Virus record (IMG/VR): IMGVR_UViG_3300020045_004291
Span: 1 to 64,000 of that record
Reading direction: 5' to 3' (one strand)
DNA: 64,000 bases
DNA from: a virus
The notes beneath the pieces are model-generated. The model did no database searches and was not told the origin of the DNA. It saw only the letters and a program-made list of their open reading frames with translations. Below are positions 34,629 through 45,207 of the stretch, piece after piece (within the stretch, counting starts at the first letter, position 1; each line of letters starts with the position of its first letter). Made by a program: the position numbers and the translations under genes.

Positions 34629-36808
34629 ATCCGAGCTTCCACATTGATTCTAAGGGTGCCGCTTGTAACGATCCCGCCATGGGAAAGTTGAACCGTAACG
34701 TTTGATGCATCGATAGCTACAACGTCACCAGAAACGGGGCCAATAAACAAGCCGCTTTCAGCCAAAACTTGCAATATAAGCCCCCTTTTGGTTGGCGTTC
34801 CTGCTAAGGTGTTCGGAACGTTCACATAAGAGCCGCTCGCCGGATCTGTGCCAGTAAGTACCGTCATTACATCCGCGACCCTAAGGCCTGTGTTTAGTTT
34901 CCCGAAAAAGAACTTGTTCGGATCGGTTTGCGTAATGTTTAACTGGGCGGTCGGGTCAAAGTCGTTAGATTCTATGATGTATGGGCCACCCGAAGCCCCG
35001 TCTGAGATAGTTAGGTTAGCGTCCAAATTGGTGAAATAGTTGCCATTGATATTCACGCGGGTGGCACCATTCATGTAAATGCCGGTTGTAGAGTCGGCGA
35101 ACTTGCACGCCAACACCTTCACATTGGAAGGCGCGCTTAAATCAAGAGACGTCGCGGAATGCATGAAATCGCAGGCAATGAATATGATGTCAGACATGTT
35201 TGCGCCGCCCGATGTGTCATGGTAGACGCCAGATGATGATGTGAGTGTGTTTGTTGCGATATAGCACCCCCTGAAACAGACGCTATCAATGCCGTCGTTC
35301 GAGGGCTTTAATATGACCTGCTTTCCGTTACCCTGATCGAAAGTGCAGCCATCGCAGTCAGTGTATAGACAACTTGTAATAGTTAAGTTGTGGCCGGTAC
35401 CGAACATTTTAAGCCCGATAAGATGTATCCCCTCCGGACGAGCGGAACCGTCAGAAGACCCGATCCAAATCCCATGACCGGGGCCACCCCACACACCTCC
35501 CTCGACCGTGTTTTCAATGCTGATGTGGCCAGATGTCCGGTCAAGTACGTACGCATACGCAGACGCGCCCGTTCTCAAATTTGTGAATGAAGTGTTTGTG
35601 CACTCTGTCAGAGAACCGGCTATATAAACAATCGAGTCCGGGTTGCCCGTGACCTCGCCGGTTATGTGGCAGTCCGTGATTCTGTGCCCATCATATTGCC
35701 CGCCATCAAAAACCCTGCCCGCAGATCCGAGGTGCTTTAGTGCAACCTTATCAAATCCGACAGTAGACCCGGACGCGGTGAACATGGTGATTGACTGGGT
35801 TGTTTGAAACGTGACTTGCTCAGAGCCACCGAAGGCTGTCACTCCGACGAGGCATGAACCCTGCGGAAGCGTTACAGGCGTTGAAATACTATAGGGAGAG
35901 CTTTTCGGCTTCGCCCTGATAGTTTTTACACCCGCCGCGATGGCGCGAGCAAACGTAAGGCCGTAATCACCGGCATCAGCCGTTAGATAATAGTCCTCAA
36001 GAAAGGCGTCGTCAGCGATACTGCGCTTTAAATCTAAAGCTTCCTTAATAGGCCCAGCCGTAACCTTTGTTGCATCAGAAGTGTTATCGACATTGCCCAA
36101 GCCCAAGGCAGTGCGCTGCAATGCAGCCGTCGCGGCCCCCACCACGGCACGGCCAGCAGCGGTAAAAGGTGCCATTGCCCATGTTTCAGCCGCTGTTGAG
36201 TACGGGATTTTGTCTATGCCAGAAGTCAGCGCCGCAATCGCCGCAAGATCGACGCTGTAAGCCTGAACGTCAACATTAATAACGGTTCCTGTGTTTTCAC
36301 GGGCTTGAGCCTTTTGAATATCGCTCAGGCTTTGCGTAACGTCAAAACGAACCGCACCAGTGGGAACGATGGTGTAAGACGTGCCACCTTCCAGGGTTAC
36401 CTCAAAGACCTGCCCATCAATCGATACGTCAATTTCATCCCCATTGGCGGTAATGGACGCACCAAAAGGTTTAACGATAAACGCCCCGCCATAAATCTTT
36501 GAGGTGAAATCAGCGGGCGATGTGACCATGAAGTCAAAGAACAGCACAGACGGATTCTGTTCATCGTCAGAATCAACCGGCAAAGCGTCAATGTCGTCTT
36601 TTTTCACAGAAACGGTGATGTTGTTGCCTGTGAATGACAGCTGGCTTCCGTTTGTGGACGGGTCAGTTGAAAAGGTTAAAAGTATTGTGCCGTTCAGGTC
36701 TGAGTAGACAGAGAATGCACCATCGTAGCCCAGAAAGGACACGTTCTCAGGAAACGCAAAATTAAGCGTTAAATCAGCACCACGGGGGGCATAAATCTTT
36801 GCAGTCAT
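34625..36808 (-). CDS. Tailspike/tail fibre with right-handed beta-helix (putative depolymerase)
   Basis: N-terminal adaptor, GAVRFD..QSLS..QKAQAR and LGLGNVDNTSD fibre motifs, followed by beta-helix-like repeats. Confidence 0.7.
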   Translation of the reverse strand: MTAKIYAPRGADLTLNFAFPENVSFLGYDGAFSVYSDLNGTILLTFSTDPSTNGSQLSFTGNNITVSVKKDDIDALPVDSDDEQNPSVLFFDFMVTSPADFTSKIYGGAFIVKPFGASITANGDEIDVSIDGQVFEVTLEGGTSYTIVPTGAVRFDVTQSLSDIQKAQARENTGTVINVDVQAYSVDLAAIAALTSGIDKIPYSTAAETWAMAPFTAAGRAVVGAATAALQRTALGLGNVDNTSDATKVTAGPIKEALDLKRSIADDAFLEDYYLTADAGDYGLTFARAIAAGVKTIRAKPKSSPYSISTPVTLPQGSCLVGVTAFGGSEQVTFQTTQSITMFTASGSTVGFDKVALKHLGSAGRVFDGGQYDGHRITDCHITGEVTGNPDSIVYIAGSLTECTNTSFTNLRTGASAYAYVLDRTSGHISIENTVEGGVWGGPGHGIWIGSSDGSARPEGIHLIGLKMFGTGHNLTITSCLYTDCDGCTFDQGNGKQVILKPSNDGIDSVCFRGCYIATNTLTSSSGVYHDTSGGANMSDIIFIACDFMHSATSLDLSAPSNVKVLACKFADSTTGIYMNGATRVNINGNYFTNLDANLTISDGASGGPYIIESNDFDPTAQLNITQTDPNKFFFGKLNTGLRVADVMTVLTGTDPASGSYVNVPNTLAGTPTKRGLILQVLAESGLFIGPVSGDVVAIDASNVTVQLSHGGIVTSGTLRINVEARI

Positions 36809-36887
36809 TGAGAAACCCCATATACAATAGTAATGCTGTTCATGTTTTTATTTCTGTTCTTTTCCGGCGATCCGTTGCAGTGGGCGC

Positions 36888-39464
36888 TCATTGCGGTTGT
36901 CCTTCTTCTGCAATTGCCCCTGTGGCGTATGCTGGAAGACTTAGGCTCTGTTGTGCCTGTGGAAGCGAGATCATTGGATAGGCCGCAGGTGTAACCCGTG
37001 GCACATAGGCCCCTAAACGGATTCCTTGCGCCAGTTGCTTAGAACGATCAAGGCGCAACTGAGCCGCAGCCAGTGAGGCGTTATAATCCCCCATGGCAAG
37101 ATCAGCATATGCCGATATAACGTCCTCGGCATCCGTTCCAAGAATTGCCTTGTTTGCCCTGCGCAGGGCCGCCTCTTCCCACCTGGCAACCCGTTGCGGG
37201 CCGATAATGGCCTTAAGTAGCCCAGCCTTATCAGTTGGCAATTCTGTGAGCGTTCCCAGATCGGCATTAATGCTGTTTGCACCCTCCAAAAGTCGAGAGG
37301 TCTTGGAATTGGTGTTGGGCATTAACGACATGGCCGACACACGAGCGCGTTCAACGTCTGCAATCTGCGTCAGAAAGGATTGCACCTGATCAGCGCGGCC
37401 AGCCCGTTGCCCAAGCATGAGCAAGCGTTGTTGTGCATTGCGCGTCAGGTATTTACCTAGATTGACATTGCCCTCAAGCGCGCCAGATATACGCCCGCCT
37501 GTTGCTGTGGCCAGATCGTCGCCAATCATTGCAAGAGCGCCGTTCAGTTCAGGAGCGCTCAGTGATTCAGCCCACTGGGCAAAGTCTGAATTGCTACCCT
37601 GACCAAAAACCTTTTGACGTGCAGCACGAGCCGCAGCCTCAAGGCGTGGGGCCTCCCCGCCGATTTCACGTGCACCGGCATAATTACGCATTTCACCCGT
37701 TACGGGATCGGTGACCTCAAGGCCCTTGTTGATTTCGTCCATTTGACGCACCAGTTCGCGGCGCGTCGTATCGACGGCAATCAGGTCGTTCTTGTTAGCA
37801 TTAGGGCTTTCAATAATGCGGCGCTCAATGTCATCAAGATTGCGCTTGGCGGCATCCAGTAATTGCAGCGTGGGTGCTTGAACCGTCTTTGTGCCGCCAA
37901 TAGTGCCAGGATATACCCCGCCCGTTTCAGCCAGTTGTGACAATGACGCTAGTTCAGCGTCATCAGCCGCGAGAGCCGCTGCAATCTGTTGAGGCGTGGC
38001 GCGGTCTGGAATGTTTAGAGTACCAAGACGTTGCTCCAATTGGCTCAGATACTCAGCACGGTCAGCGCCGCCACTTGCCGCAGCCATGGAGCGAATTGGT
38101 CGACCCGACAGGCCGGAATTGATAGCGTCAAGCAATTCGCGCTCTGTGGGAATATCGCGGAAGTAACCCGCCTCTTGCGCTTGGCGGGCGACATCATCAA
38201 GGCTTTGACCAGTGGCGCGTGTAAGCTTGCCCATGCCACGCCCCCGGTTCAACGTCACGTCACCGGCACCCATAGAGCGCAGGTCGCCGCCACGGTCTAT
38301 AATCCCGCCACGCGCCGCCACAAATTCATTCAGGGTAGGGCCATCGGACCGCGCAGCCTTTTTGACGCCACCACCAAGTAACTCACGCACATCAGCCAGA
38401 TATGCCCCTGCATCGCGTGGCGCACCAGCCGTGAGGCCTTCGGGAAGATCAGGAACGTCAACGCTTGCAAAAGGCTTAACGCCTTGCCCCTGCATTTGAC
38501 GCACACCCTCTTTTAAGGCATCGCGAGCAAATGGGTTTGCGGTTAGCAACTCATCTAAGACCGGCGAGGATTGCGGGCCAGCTTGTGCAAACAGATCATT
38601 GTAAACCGGATTGGCACGGGCGCGCATCTGCTCAGCAGTTTCACGCACACCGCCCGCCGCCATAGCCGGATCAATGCGCATTGTGTTCTGATATGCACCC
38701 ATTGCTGCCGTAGGAGATTGAGCAACCCGCGATTCCAGTTCGTTGCGCAGAATTTGCGCTACTTCTGGATTAAGGTTTGCCGCAGCCTCAAGGCGATTGC
38801 GCGCCCCTTGACCCATGACTTCAGCGGCCATTTGTGGCTGTGACGATTTGCGAGGCGGGCCGGACTTCTTGGCCGATTTCAGCGCCGCCGCGTTATCTTT
38901 CATGAACAGTTCAGCCGCTTTGCGCTCTGCAATCTGGGCCGGTGTAAGTTTGACAACAGCCGCCTTTGCGACCTTCGGGGGCGCAGACACGGGGAATTTA
39001 AGCCCCTTGGCTGGCATTGCGCCAGACAGAGCCATTCCTAAATCTTGCTCGATCATCTGGGCTTGCTCTTCGGGGGACGCATCGACGTATTGTGCGCCGT
39101 ATCCCATAAAGCCACCACCTACCTTTTTCTTTGGTGGCCCCATACCTGCGTTCGCGATACCCTCAGACACGGGACGCAATAGCGCATGCTGCACACCAGC
39201 GATAGGTGACAACAGGACGTTTAACGCATCACCGCCCTGTTGCAAGGAATCCGTAAAGCCCTCAGCAATTCCTTGAATAGGGTTTGCAGGAAGTGGCGCG
39301 TTCATGCGCTTATTCAGGTTTTCGCCATATTGCTTTATGGCACCGCCAATGGTTCCACCAATGTCAGTTATATACGACTTTTCAGCCGCAGCCTTTACAG
39401 GTTTAGCGGATGATGGGTTAAACCCATTCTTCAAAGGCTTTGCACTTGACGGGTCAAACGCCAT
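36888..39464 (-). CDS. Large internal virion/DNA ejection protein
   Basis: 858 aa, Ala/Gly-rich, last of the ejection-protein cluster; N-terminal FDPSSAKP repeat. Confidence 0.65.
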   Translation of the reverse strand: MAFDPSSAKPLKNGFNPSSAKPVKAAAEKSYITDIGGTIGGAIKQYGENLNKRMNAPLPANPIQGIAEGFTDSLQQGGDALNVLLSPIAGVQHALLRPVSEGIANAGMGPPKKKVGGGFMGYGAQYVDASPEEQAQMIEQDLGMALSGAMPAKGLKFPVSAPPKVAKAAVVKLTPAQIAERKAAELFMKDNAAALKSAKKSGPPRKSSQPQMAAEVMGQGARNRLEAAANLNPEVAQILRNELESRVAQSPTAAMGAYQNTMRIDPAMAAGGVRETAEQMRARANPVYNDLFAQAGPQSSPVLDELLTANPFARDALKEGVRQMQGQGVKPFASVDVPDLPEGLTAGAPRDAGAYLADVRELLGGGVKKAARSDGPTLNEFVAARGGIIDRGGDLRSMGAGDVTLNRGRGMGKLTRATGQSLDDVARQAQEAGYFRDIPTERELLDAINSGLSGRPIRSMAAASGGADRAEYLSQLEQRLGTLNIPDRATPQQIAAALAADDAELASLSQLAETGGVYPGTIGGTKTVQAPTLQLLDAAKRNLDDIERRIIESPNANKNDLIAVDTTRRELVRQMDEINKGLEVTDPVTGEMRNYAGAREIGGEAPRLEAAARAARQKVFGQGSNSDFAQWAESLSAPELNGALAMIGDDLATATGGRISGALEGNVNLGKYLTRNAQQRLLMLGQRAGRADQVQSFLTQIADVERARVSAMSLMPNTNSKTSRLLEGANSINADLGTLTELPTDKAGLLKAIIGPQRVARWEEAALRRANKAILGTDAEDVISAYADLAMGDYNASLAAAQLRLDRSKQLAQGIRLGAYVPRVTPAAYPMISLPQAQQSLSLPAYATGAIAEEGQPQ

Positions 39465-40186
39465 TATTCACGCCACTTTCCATCACCAAGATATGTTGCT
39501 TGGTTGCCGTTCGCATCAGTGTAGGTCTGGCCTTTGACAAACTTGTCACCAGACGCCTTGCGCGGTGGAGACTTGCCACCGGTTGAGGTGTAATTACGTT
39601 GACGCGCCGGGACATAACCCGCCGCCTTTTCCTTTGCGCGCTTTGGCATCCAATAAGAATCAAAAGCCGTTTCAGCACCGATCAGAGAACCCTTTTCAGC
39701 GGCGTATTGATCAAGGAAGGCCTTGCGGGCTTGCGCTTCACGGGCCTTTTCCTGAATATTCCGAGACGCAGCCGCGTTTGCGTTTCCGTACTTTTCAATA
39801 GACGGAAGCGCAAGCTTCATGCCCTTATATTCAATATCAGACGTAGCGCCCGAACCTGGGGCGCGTTGCTGTGGAGCCAATTCGTTATTAATGGCTTCCA
39901 TCTGCTGCAAATTTTCGCCCTTAAAAAGATTTACGGGGTTAAAGCCCCATAGACCGTTACCATAAACCGGCCCCGTTGGCGCTTTTGCGTTGAGCTTTTC
40001 AAACTCTTTCAGGCGCGTTGCTGTATATGGCAGTGTGTTAGATGCCACGCCCGCCTCAGCAAGTGTTGCCTGATCAGCCGCCGTCAGTTTTGGCGCACCG
40101 GTTGTTTTTGTCGCCGGAACCCACTGGCCACCCTTGACGACATACTTACCGCTTGGAGATACCGCCCCTTCTTCATATTTTGCCAT
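39464..40186 (-). CDS. Putative ejection protein (copy B)
   Basis: Near-identical to 201-923. Confidence 0.6.
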   Translation of the reverse strand: MAKYEEGAVSPSGKYVVKGGQWVPATKTTGAPKLTAADQATLAEAGVASNTLPYTATRLKEFEKLNAKAPTGPVYGNGLWGFNPVNLFKGENLQQMEAINNELAPQQRAPGSGATSDIEYKGMKLALPSIEKYGNANAAASRNIQEKAREAQARKAFLDQYAAEKGSLIGAETAFDSYWMPKRAKEKAAGYVPARQRNYTSTGGKSPPRKASGDKFVKGQTYTDANGNQATYLGDGKWRE

Positions 40187-40192
40187 TGTGCG

Positions 40193-40786
40193 TTACTCCG
40201 GTGGTTCTGCGTTGGTGCCGCCGCCAGAAGATCCACCACGCTTGGGTGGATTCATCCCCTTGGTGACAATAGCGGGCGGTGTCCAGTTTTTCAGCTCAAC
40301 AACCTTGCCGTCTTCGCCAACCTGATAAAGGCCATAAGGCCCTTGAAAGATGCGTGGTGTAGCAGCTTGTTGTGGAGCGGTATAAGCGGGGGACACTTCA
40401 CCGCCTTGAATCTTAAGCAGGGTATCGCCAACCTTTTCAAATTGTGGACGCTCAGGAGCAGGGTTTTGCGCTTGGTGTAGTTTCAGATATGGAGTGATGT
40501 CAACACCAGCCTGTGCAGCCCGCGCCAAAGCCCCGTAAATGTCTGGCTGCGCATCTAAGCTATTGCTTGTTGGTGTCCGAGGCGCAAACCCCATTTCCTG
40601 ATTTATGCCGCCGATAGCCGCTTGTTGCGCCTCATCCTGTGCACGTTGCTTAAAACCAGCCTCAACACCAGCCAGACGATTAGACGATTGCCCTTGCAGG
40701 GCAGAACCAGCATCATAAAGCCCGCCGCCAATAAGCGACAGGCGATCCCCCCAATTCTTAGGCGCATTATCTCCAAACAGCGGCAT
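40193..40786 (-). CDS. Putative ejection protein (copy B)
   Basis: Near-identical to 930-1523. Confidence 0.55.
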   Translation of the reverse strand: MPLFGDNAPKNWGDRLSLIGGGLYDAGSALQGQSSNRLAGVEAGFKQRAQDEAQQAAIGGINQEMGFAPRTPTSNSLDAQPDIYGALARAAQAGVDITPYLKLHQAQNPAPERPQFEKVGDTLLKIQGGEVSPAYTAPQQAATPRIFQGPYGLYQVGEDGKVVELKNWTPPAIVTKGMNPPKRGGSSGGGTNAEPPE

Positions 40787-41487
40787 TAGACAATCCCCCG
40801 ATAATCGACGGTGTAGAACCCGCACGGCTGCATAGTGGCAATATCAAGATTTTCCTGCGCCATAACGCCTTCACGCACGATATCATCCCAAAGATACTTG
40901 AACTCATACCACTTGCGGCCCTTGCGCTCACCCAATGGCTTAATGTCGCGTTTCAGGCGTTCATCCGAGAACATGGCAGCAATCTGGGCACCAGTCTGCA
41001 ATAGCTTTGCACCCGTTTCCATCTCGCTAGGCGTAGACGAACCCTTGGTTGTGGTAGACGTGCCTTGTGCCAGTTGGCCAAGCAATTGCTGGATTGCCAG
41101 CGGGTATTGATTAGACGCCGTATTCTCAGCCTGGGCAGTTTGCAGGGCTTGTGCGTAATTAGAGGAGTTCAGGCCCGCAAGCGTGGTGGCTGCGTTCTGA
41201 TCGTACTGGCCTTGCGTCAAAGCGCGCTCGACACTGGCACCCGTCCCCCCGAATGCACCGGCCTTGATAGCCTGATCATTGTTTTGATTTAGCGCCATTT
41301 GACGCGACGTATCGAGATTTTTCAGCGTAGCGTCTGTCACCGCAGACTGATACGGGTCCATGTAGTTGTTAATCTGCGATCCAGACAAAGCGCTGTAAGC
41401 GGTCGGCAAAGACGATTTGGCGTCATTATATTGATTGAGCGCCGTCTGATTTGTGGTGGTAGATGCGGTCTTTGATTTGCTCGACAT
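40786..41487 (-). CDS. Virion protein with S74-like domain (copy B)
   Basis: Homolog of 1523-2224. Confidence 0.7.
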   Translation of the reverse strand: MSSKSKTASTTTNQTALNQYNDAKSSLPTAYSALSGSQINNYMDPYQSAVTDATLKNLDTSRQMALNQNNDQAIKAGAFGGTGASVERALTQGQYDQNAATTLAGLNSSNYAQALQTAQAENTASNQYPLAIQQLLGQLAQGTSTTTKGSSTPSEMETGAKLLQTGAQIAAMFSDERLKRDIKPLGERKGRKWYEFKYLWDDIVREGVMAQENLDIATMQPCGFYTVDYRGIV

Positions 41488-41840
41488 TAAACAGCCCTAA
41501 ACATGCGATCCCCGTCAGGGATGAAACCGAATTTCGACATAACGCGCCACCAGCCCTTACGGCCTGACAACTCGATTCCGACACATCCGGCGACCTTCGC
41601 GAAGATCAGCGCGCTATCCAGAAGGTCAATCAGGTCAGCCAACGACCCGGACGCTTGCAGGATATGGAGCGTGTTTTCTGCGGTCACCTCAGTAACCGCA
41701 CAAGACATCCCTTTGTGCCATAATTGAGCCTGTTCCGCAAGCAATGCCTTGCGTATCTCTTCTTTTTGTGCCTCAGACGCGAATTTCATGTGGCGTTCAG
41801 CGAATTGCCAGTACGTCAGACGCTCAGGCTGGGCAGACAT
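41487..41840 (-). CDS. Hypothetical, possible GNAT-like protein (copy B)
   Basis: Homolog of 2224-2577. Confidence 0.5.
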   Translation of the reverse strand: MSAQPERLTYWQFAERHMKFASEAQKEEIRKALLAEQAQLWHKGMSCAVTEVTAENTLHILQASGSLADLIDLLDSALIFAKVAGCVGIELSGRKGWWRVMSKFGFIPDGDRMFRAV

Positions 41841-42049
41841 TACGGATAAGCCGTTGCCGATACCACACCGGCATTACTTACAGCCAAAGCCCATTCCGTG
41901 CCGTCTGGGGATAGCAAAACAATGCGTTCACGAACTAACAGGATATCTTTTCCCTGCTTGAAGTTCTTGTTATCCTCTTGCGTCAGGACGCGCCGCGCCT
42001 GTTGCTCGTTTGCCTGATCATACGTAGCCGTAGCATTGGGGAGATTCAT
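41840..42049 (-). CDS. Small tail-region protein (copy B)
   Basis: Homolog of 2577-2786. Confidence 0.6.
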   Translation of the reverse strand: MNLPNATATYDQANEQQARRVLTQEDNKNFKQGKDILLVRERIVLLSPDGTEWALAVSNAGVVSATAYP

Positions 42050-43524
42050 CTTTTTCCGCGCTCAACAATTGCAAAACGAAACGACCCCACGCGGAAGTCA
42101 ACATTATCCGCCGCTGTAAGCCTTGCAGAGACCTGCCTTGCACTTAGGCGGCAATCTGTGTTCTGCGTCAACGGATAAGGCCCCACGGTTGTCTCAGCCC
42201 CCATAGGATAGATGCGCGTGAAGAAGGTCACCTCAACGTCACCCAGGGCTTTTTCATCCGGCACGATCTTTGAGACCATAAGTGTCTGATCCCCCGTGCC
42301 TATCTCAGACGGGCCGGATTCAGCATATGGCAATAACCCGCCGTGATTCATGCCGCGTTCATGATCCCACACAAGCCCGCTTGCGTCGATCATCATAGGA
42401 AAATCAAACGCCCCCTGATCGCAACCACAGAGGCGGGACATTTGACCGATTGCCCAGTGGCCTTCTTTGTAATTATAAACCACGTAACGATCATTTTCAT
42501 TAGACGACGCCGATGGATAATCCCACCTGATTTCGTTAAACAATGAATTGTGCGTTGCTGTGATCTTGGACGATTGATTTATATTAAGGTCTGAAAAGAT
42601 ATAATCATGCACGTCACAGGATACCGGCTGCACAAGGCCGTTGAACTGGAAAAACCCATTTTGCCCCATCCAGATTGCCTGTGAATCCACCGTAGCAATA
42701 GCACCCTGTGCAATCACGCCGCAGTCAGAGCCGACTTTTTCATACGTGTAAACATATGGCTGGCCATAAAATGTAGCAAGCCAAGCATCCACATCCGTCA
42801 TTAACAGTGTCCCACCATTAACGCGGCGACCGCACATCAGCTGCCCTACGGTCTGCAATGGGAATTGGCGCGCATAGTTTGTGGTGGTCTCAGTCCAGTC
42901 TGTATTGTCCTGCAATCCAGAATTACGCACAAGACGCGGATCACCATCAGCCCCCAAAGCCATCATGATACGTTCAGCCGTCACAACGACAGCCCGTGCT
43001 GTTGGTGCGCCCGTAATCGCCGAAGCATCTAACGCGACATTGGGCACCCACTCATAGATGTTTCCATCCTCTATGGTGCAGCCCACAAGGTTCTCACCCC
43101 ATATATCAAGGCTCCACACCGTAGCGGGGCTATAGACAGCCTCATCAGGTACACCAAAGCCATAGAAGCCCGAACCATACACACCGGAGCCATAAGCGCC
43201 CGATGCCGTGGCAGACGGACGCCCGACCGTGTATCCGGATGGTGTAATATCGTAGATATAGCCGCCGCTTGTCATGGCGTACAAGTGCGAGTGCGTACCG
43301 ATGCCAGCCCAAGACTTGTTATCATTGTCACGCCATGTAACCAGAGCGCGGGTAGATCCCTCCACCAGCGTCGTTCCGCGTGAACGCTGCACCCATCCAC
43401 CGACAGGGCGTTGCTCACCAGAGAACCAGCGCCACAATTGCGAATCGTAGAACCGCCCCCGGCTCTTGTATTCAGTGCCGGTGCGAAAAACGCCTGGGGG
43501 AATGTCAAGTGTGATGTACTGCAT
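42046..43524 (-). CDS. Tail nozzle/stabilization protein (copy B)
   Basis: Homolog of 2783-4261. Confidence 0.65.
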   Translation of the reverse strand: MQYITLDIPPGVFRTGTEYKSRGRFYDSQLWRWFSGEQRPVGGWVQRSRGTTLVEGSTRALVTWRDNDNKSWAGIGTHSHLYAMTSGGYIYDITPSGYTVGRPSATASGAYGSGVYGSGFYGFGVPDEAVYSPATVWSLDIWGENLVGCTIEDGNIYEWVPNVALDASAITGAPTARAVVVTAERIMMALGADGDPRLVRNSGLQDNTDWTETTTNYARQFPLQTVGQLMCGRRVNGGTLLMTDVDAWLATFYGQPYVYTYEKVGSDCGVIAQGAIATVDSQAIWMGQNGFFQFNGLVQPVSCDVHDYIFSDLNINQSSKITATHNSLFNEIRWDYPSASSNENDRYVVYNYKEGHWAIGQMSRLCGCDQGAFDFPMMIDASGLVWDHERGMNHGGLLPYAESGPSEIGTGDQTLMVSKIVPDEKALGDVEVTFFTRIYPMGAETTVGPYPLTQNTDCRLSARQVSARLTAADNVDFRVGSFRFAIVERGKR

Positions 43525-44219
43525 TACAGTTTGATGATGCCCATAAGCGAGAAGTTACGCGGGCGGTTTTCTGAGCTATTTTCAGTGCCACCGGAGGAAG
43601 ATGTGGCCTTTGTTGAGCCATTGACGCCAGCGGCATTTGTCATGAAGCCAGCCGTTGAGCCGCCAAATGTGCCGCCCGTTGCCCCGCCCTCTTGATTGTG
43701 CGTATGTGCGGGGTATTGGTCGGCCTGATTTGTGCCCGTGGTGCGTGATATACCACCGGGAGCATCAACCATGCGGCCCAAGTCAGCAAAGCGGGGAAAC
43801 TCTGCCCGCAACTCAGGAACCGCAAGCGCCTTGTTAGCCGCATAGTCAGCCGCAGCATTTGCGCCCCGCGTTGAGGCAATCCCGCCAGATGTGTAAATAG
43901 GAAGGGACGTATTGGGGTAATTGTTCCACAGGTACGTAAACAGCGCCGCCGTGTCCGCATTAGCTCTGTTTGTGCCGTTAGATGACGCATTACCAATGGT
44001 CAGGCCGTTAGCCAAAATGTACCCCGTGGGGACACCAGCCGCCAATGGGTTAAGGCACATCTGCACAAAGCCGGTCTGTGAGGCCGCATTAGCCACCACA
44101 GACACCGCCTTAAGGTCAGTGTCCATCTGGTTAAACATCACCGTGTTGATAGCGCCCCACACGTCCTGATCAGCGCCATCGTCAGGGTATTCCCAATTAT
44201 AATTTGCAGTCGTACCCAT
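43524..44219 (-). CDS. Tail fibre/collar protein (copy B)
   Basis: Homolog of 4261-4956, more diverged than its neighbours. Confidence 0.75.
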   Translation of the reverse strand: MGTTANYNWEYPDDGADQDVWGAINTVMFNQMDTDLKAVSVVANAASQTGFVQMCLNPLAAGVPTGYILANGLTIGNASSNGTNRANADTAALFTYLWNNYPNTSLPIYTSGGIASTRGANAAADYAANKALAVPELRAEFPRFADLGRMVDAPGGISRTTGTNQADQYPAHTHNQEGGATGGTFGGSTAGFMTNAAGVNGSTKATSSSGGTENSSENRPRNFSLMGIIKL

Positions 44220-44833
44220 TATTCACCACCACATGACTTGATTTGCAAAGGCCCGCCAAACGAGTTAGCCAAGCCCTCTTTATTGATTTCCGCTATCGTC
44301 TCATCAAAGCGAGATTTCCACATAGCGCCGCGATCATCTTCCACCATGAAGGCCGAAGCCTCCACCAATGCGCCAAACAGATAGGCATCTGGGTGATTTT
44401 CTAACAGCCAGTTAGGCCCCAGATTGAGCGCGTCGATCTTTTGACGATACCGCAGCCGCAATTGCAGCCCCTCAGCAGAAGGGCCGGGATAGATATAAAT
44501 CTGGCCATCAGACACCGTGAAATAGCTAGGCGTCCCACCGTAGCCGCCCGCTTGCATGTCGAAGAAATCACGGTTAGGCATGAAGCGCAGCGCGCCACCT
44601 TGGGGGGTATCATACACGAGCGACACAACACCCATGAAGTCATCCGGCAATGTGCGGTTTGCATCCGTGAACGTGATATTTGTGCTGGCCACCAGATTAG
44701 CGTTGTCGGCTAACAGGCGATTCATGCGCGATTCTGCCAGCGTGATAAAGTCAGGGATATTTGCTGTGAGGTCAGCACGGTTCATCCATGACGCCACAGC
44801 CGCTTGAATACCTGAATAGCTGCTAAGGCTCAT
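44219..44833 (-). CDS. Head-to-tail adaptor (copy B)
   Basis: Homolog of 4956-5570. Confidence 0.7.
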   Translation of the reverse strand: MSLSSYSGIQAAVASWMNRADLTANIPDFITLAESRMNRLLADNANLVASTNITFTDANRTLPDDFMGVVSLVYDTPQGGALRFMPNRDFFDMQAGGYGGTPSYFTVSDGQIYIYPGPSAEGLQLRLRYRQKIDALNLGPNWLLENHPDAYLFGALVEASAFMVEDDRGAMWKSRFDETIAEINKEGLANSFGGPLQIKSCGGE

Positions 44834-45207
44834 CGAATGTTCCCGTCCTGTGTAAAGCCCAGATTGCCGCCACCTGTACGCAGGAAGGCCCAATCAGGAT
44901 CGTTCAATTTCTTGCGCAGCCTGTCCGCATGTTCTGGATTTTGGATGTCCAGACCATCCTCTGCCAGCCACTTCATCTGAACCGCCGCAGGGATAGACGC
45001 AACCCGCACCATGGTGCCGTCAGCGTTGCGCCCTGTGGTGTGATTACGGGCCTGCGCGTTGTGGTCAAGAATAGCGCTCACATTATCCATAGGCGTTGAT
45101 TTCTTGCACACCCATTGCTTTAGGTCTTCGTCAAACTTGACCCAGCGCCGCGTACCGTCTGGTAGCGGAGGAAATTCAACCCACCCGTAATCTTCTGGCC
45201 TATTCAT
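44830..45207 (-). CDS. Hypothetical virion-operon protein (copy B)
   Basis: Same protein as 5567-5944. Confidence 0.65.
   Translation of the reverse strand: MNRPEDYGWVEFPPLPDGTRRWVKFDEDLKQWVCKKSTPMDNVSAILDHNAQARNHTTGRNADGTMVRVASIPAAVQMKWLAEDGLDIQNPEHADRLRKKLNDPDWAFLRTGGGNLGFTQDGNIR

Larger units (their letters stand above)
1..39263. mobile_element. Phage genome unit A (one full ~39.3 kb circularly permuted podovirus-like genome)
   Basis: Complete set of packaging, head, tail, lysis and replication genes. The sequence at position 1 recurs at 39264. Confidence 0.9.
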
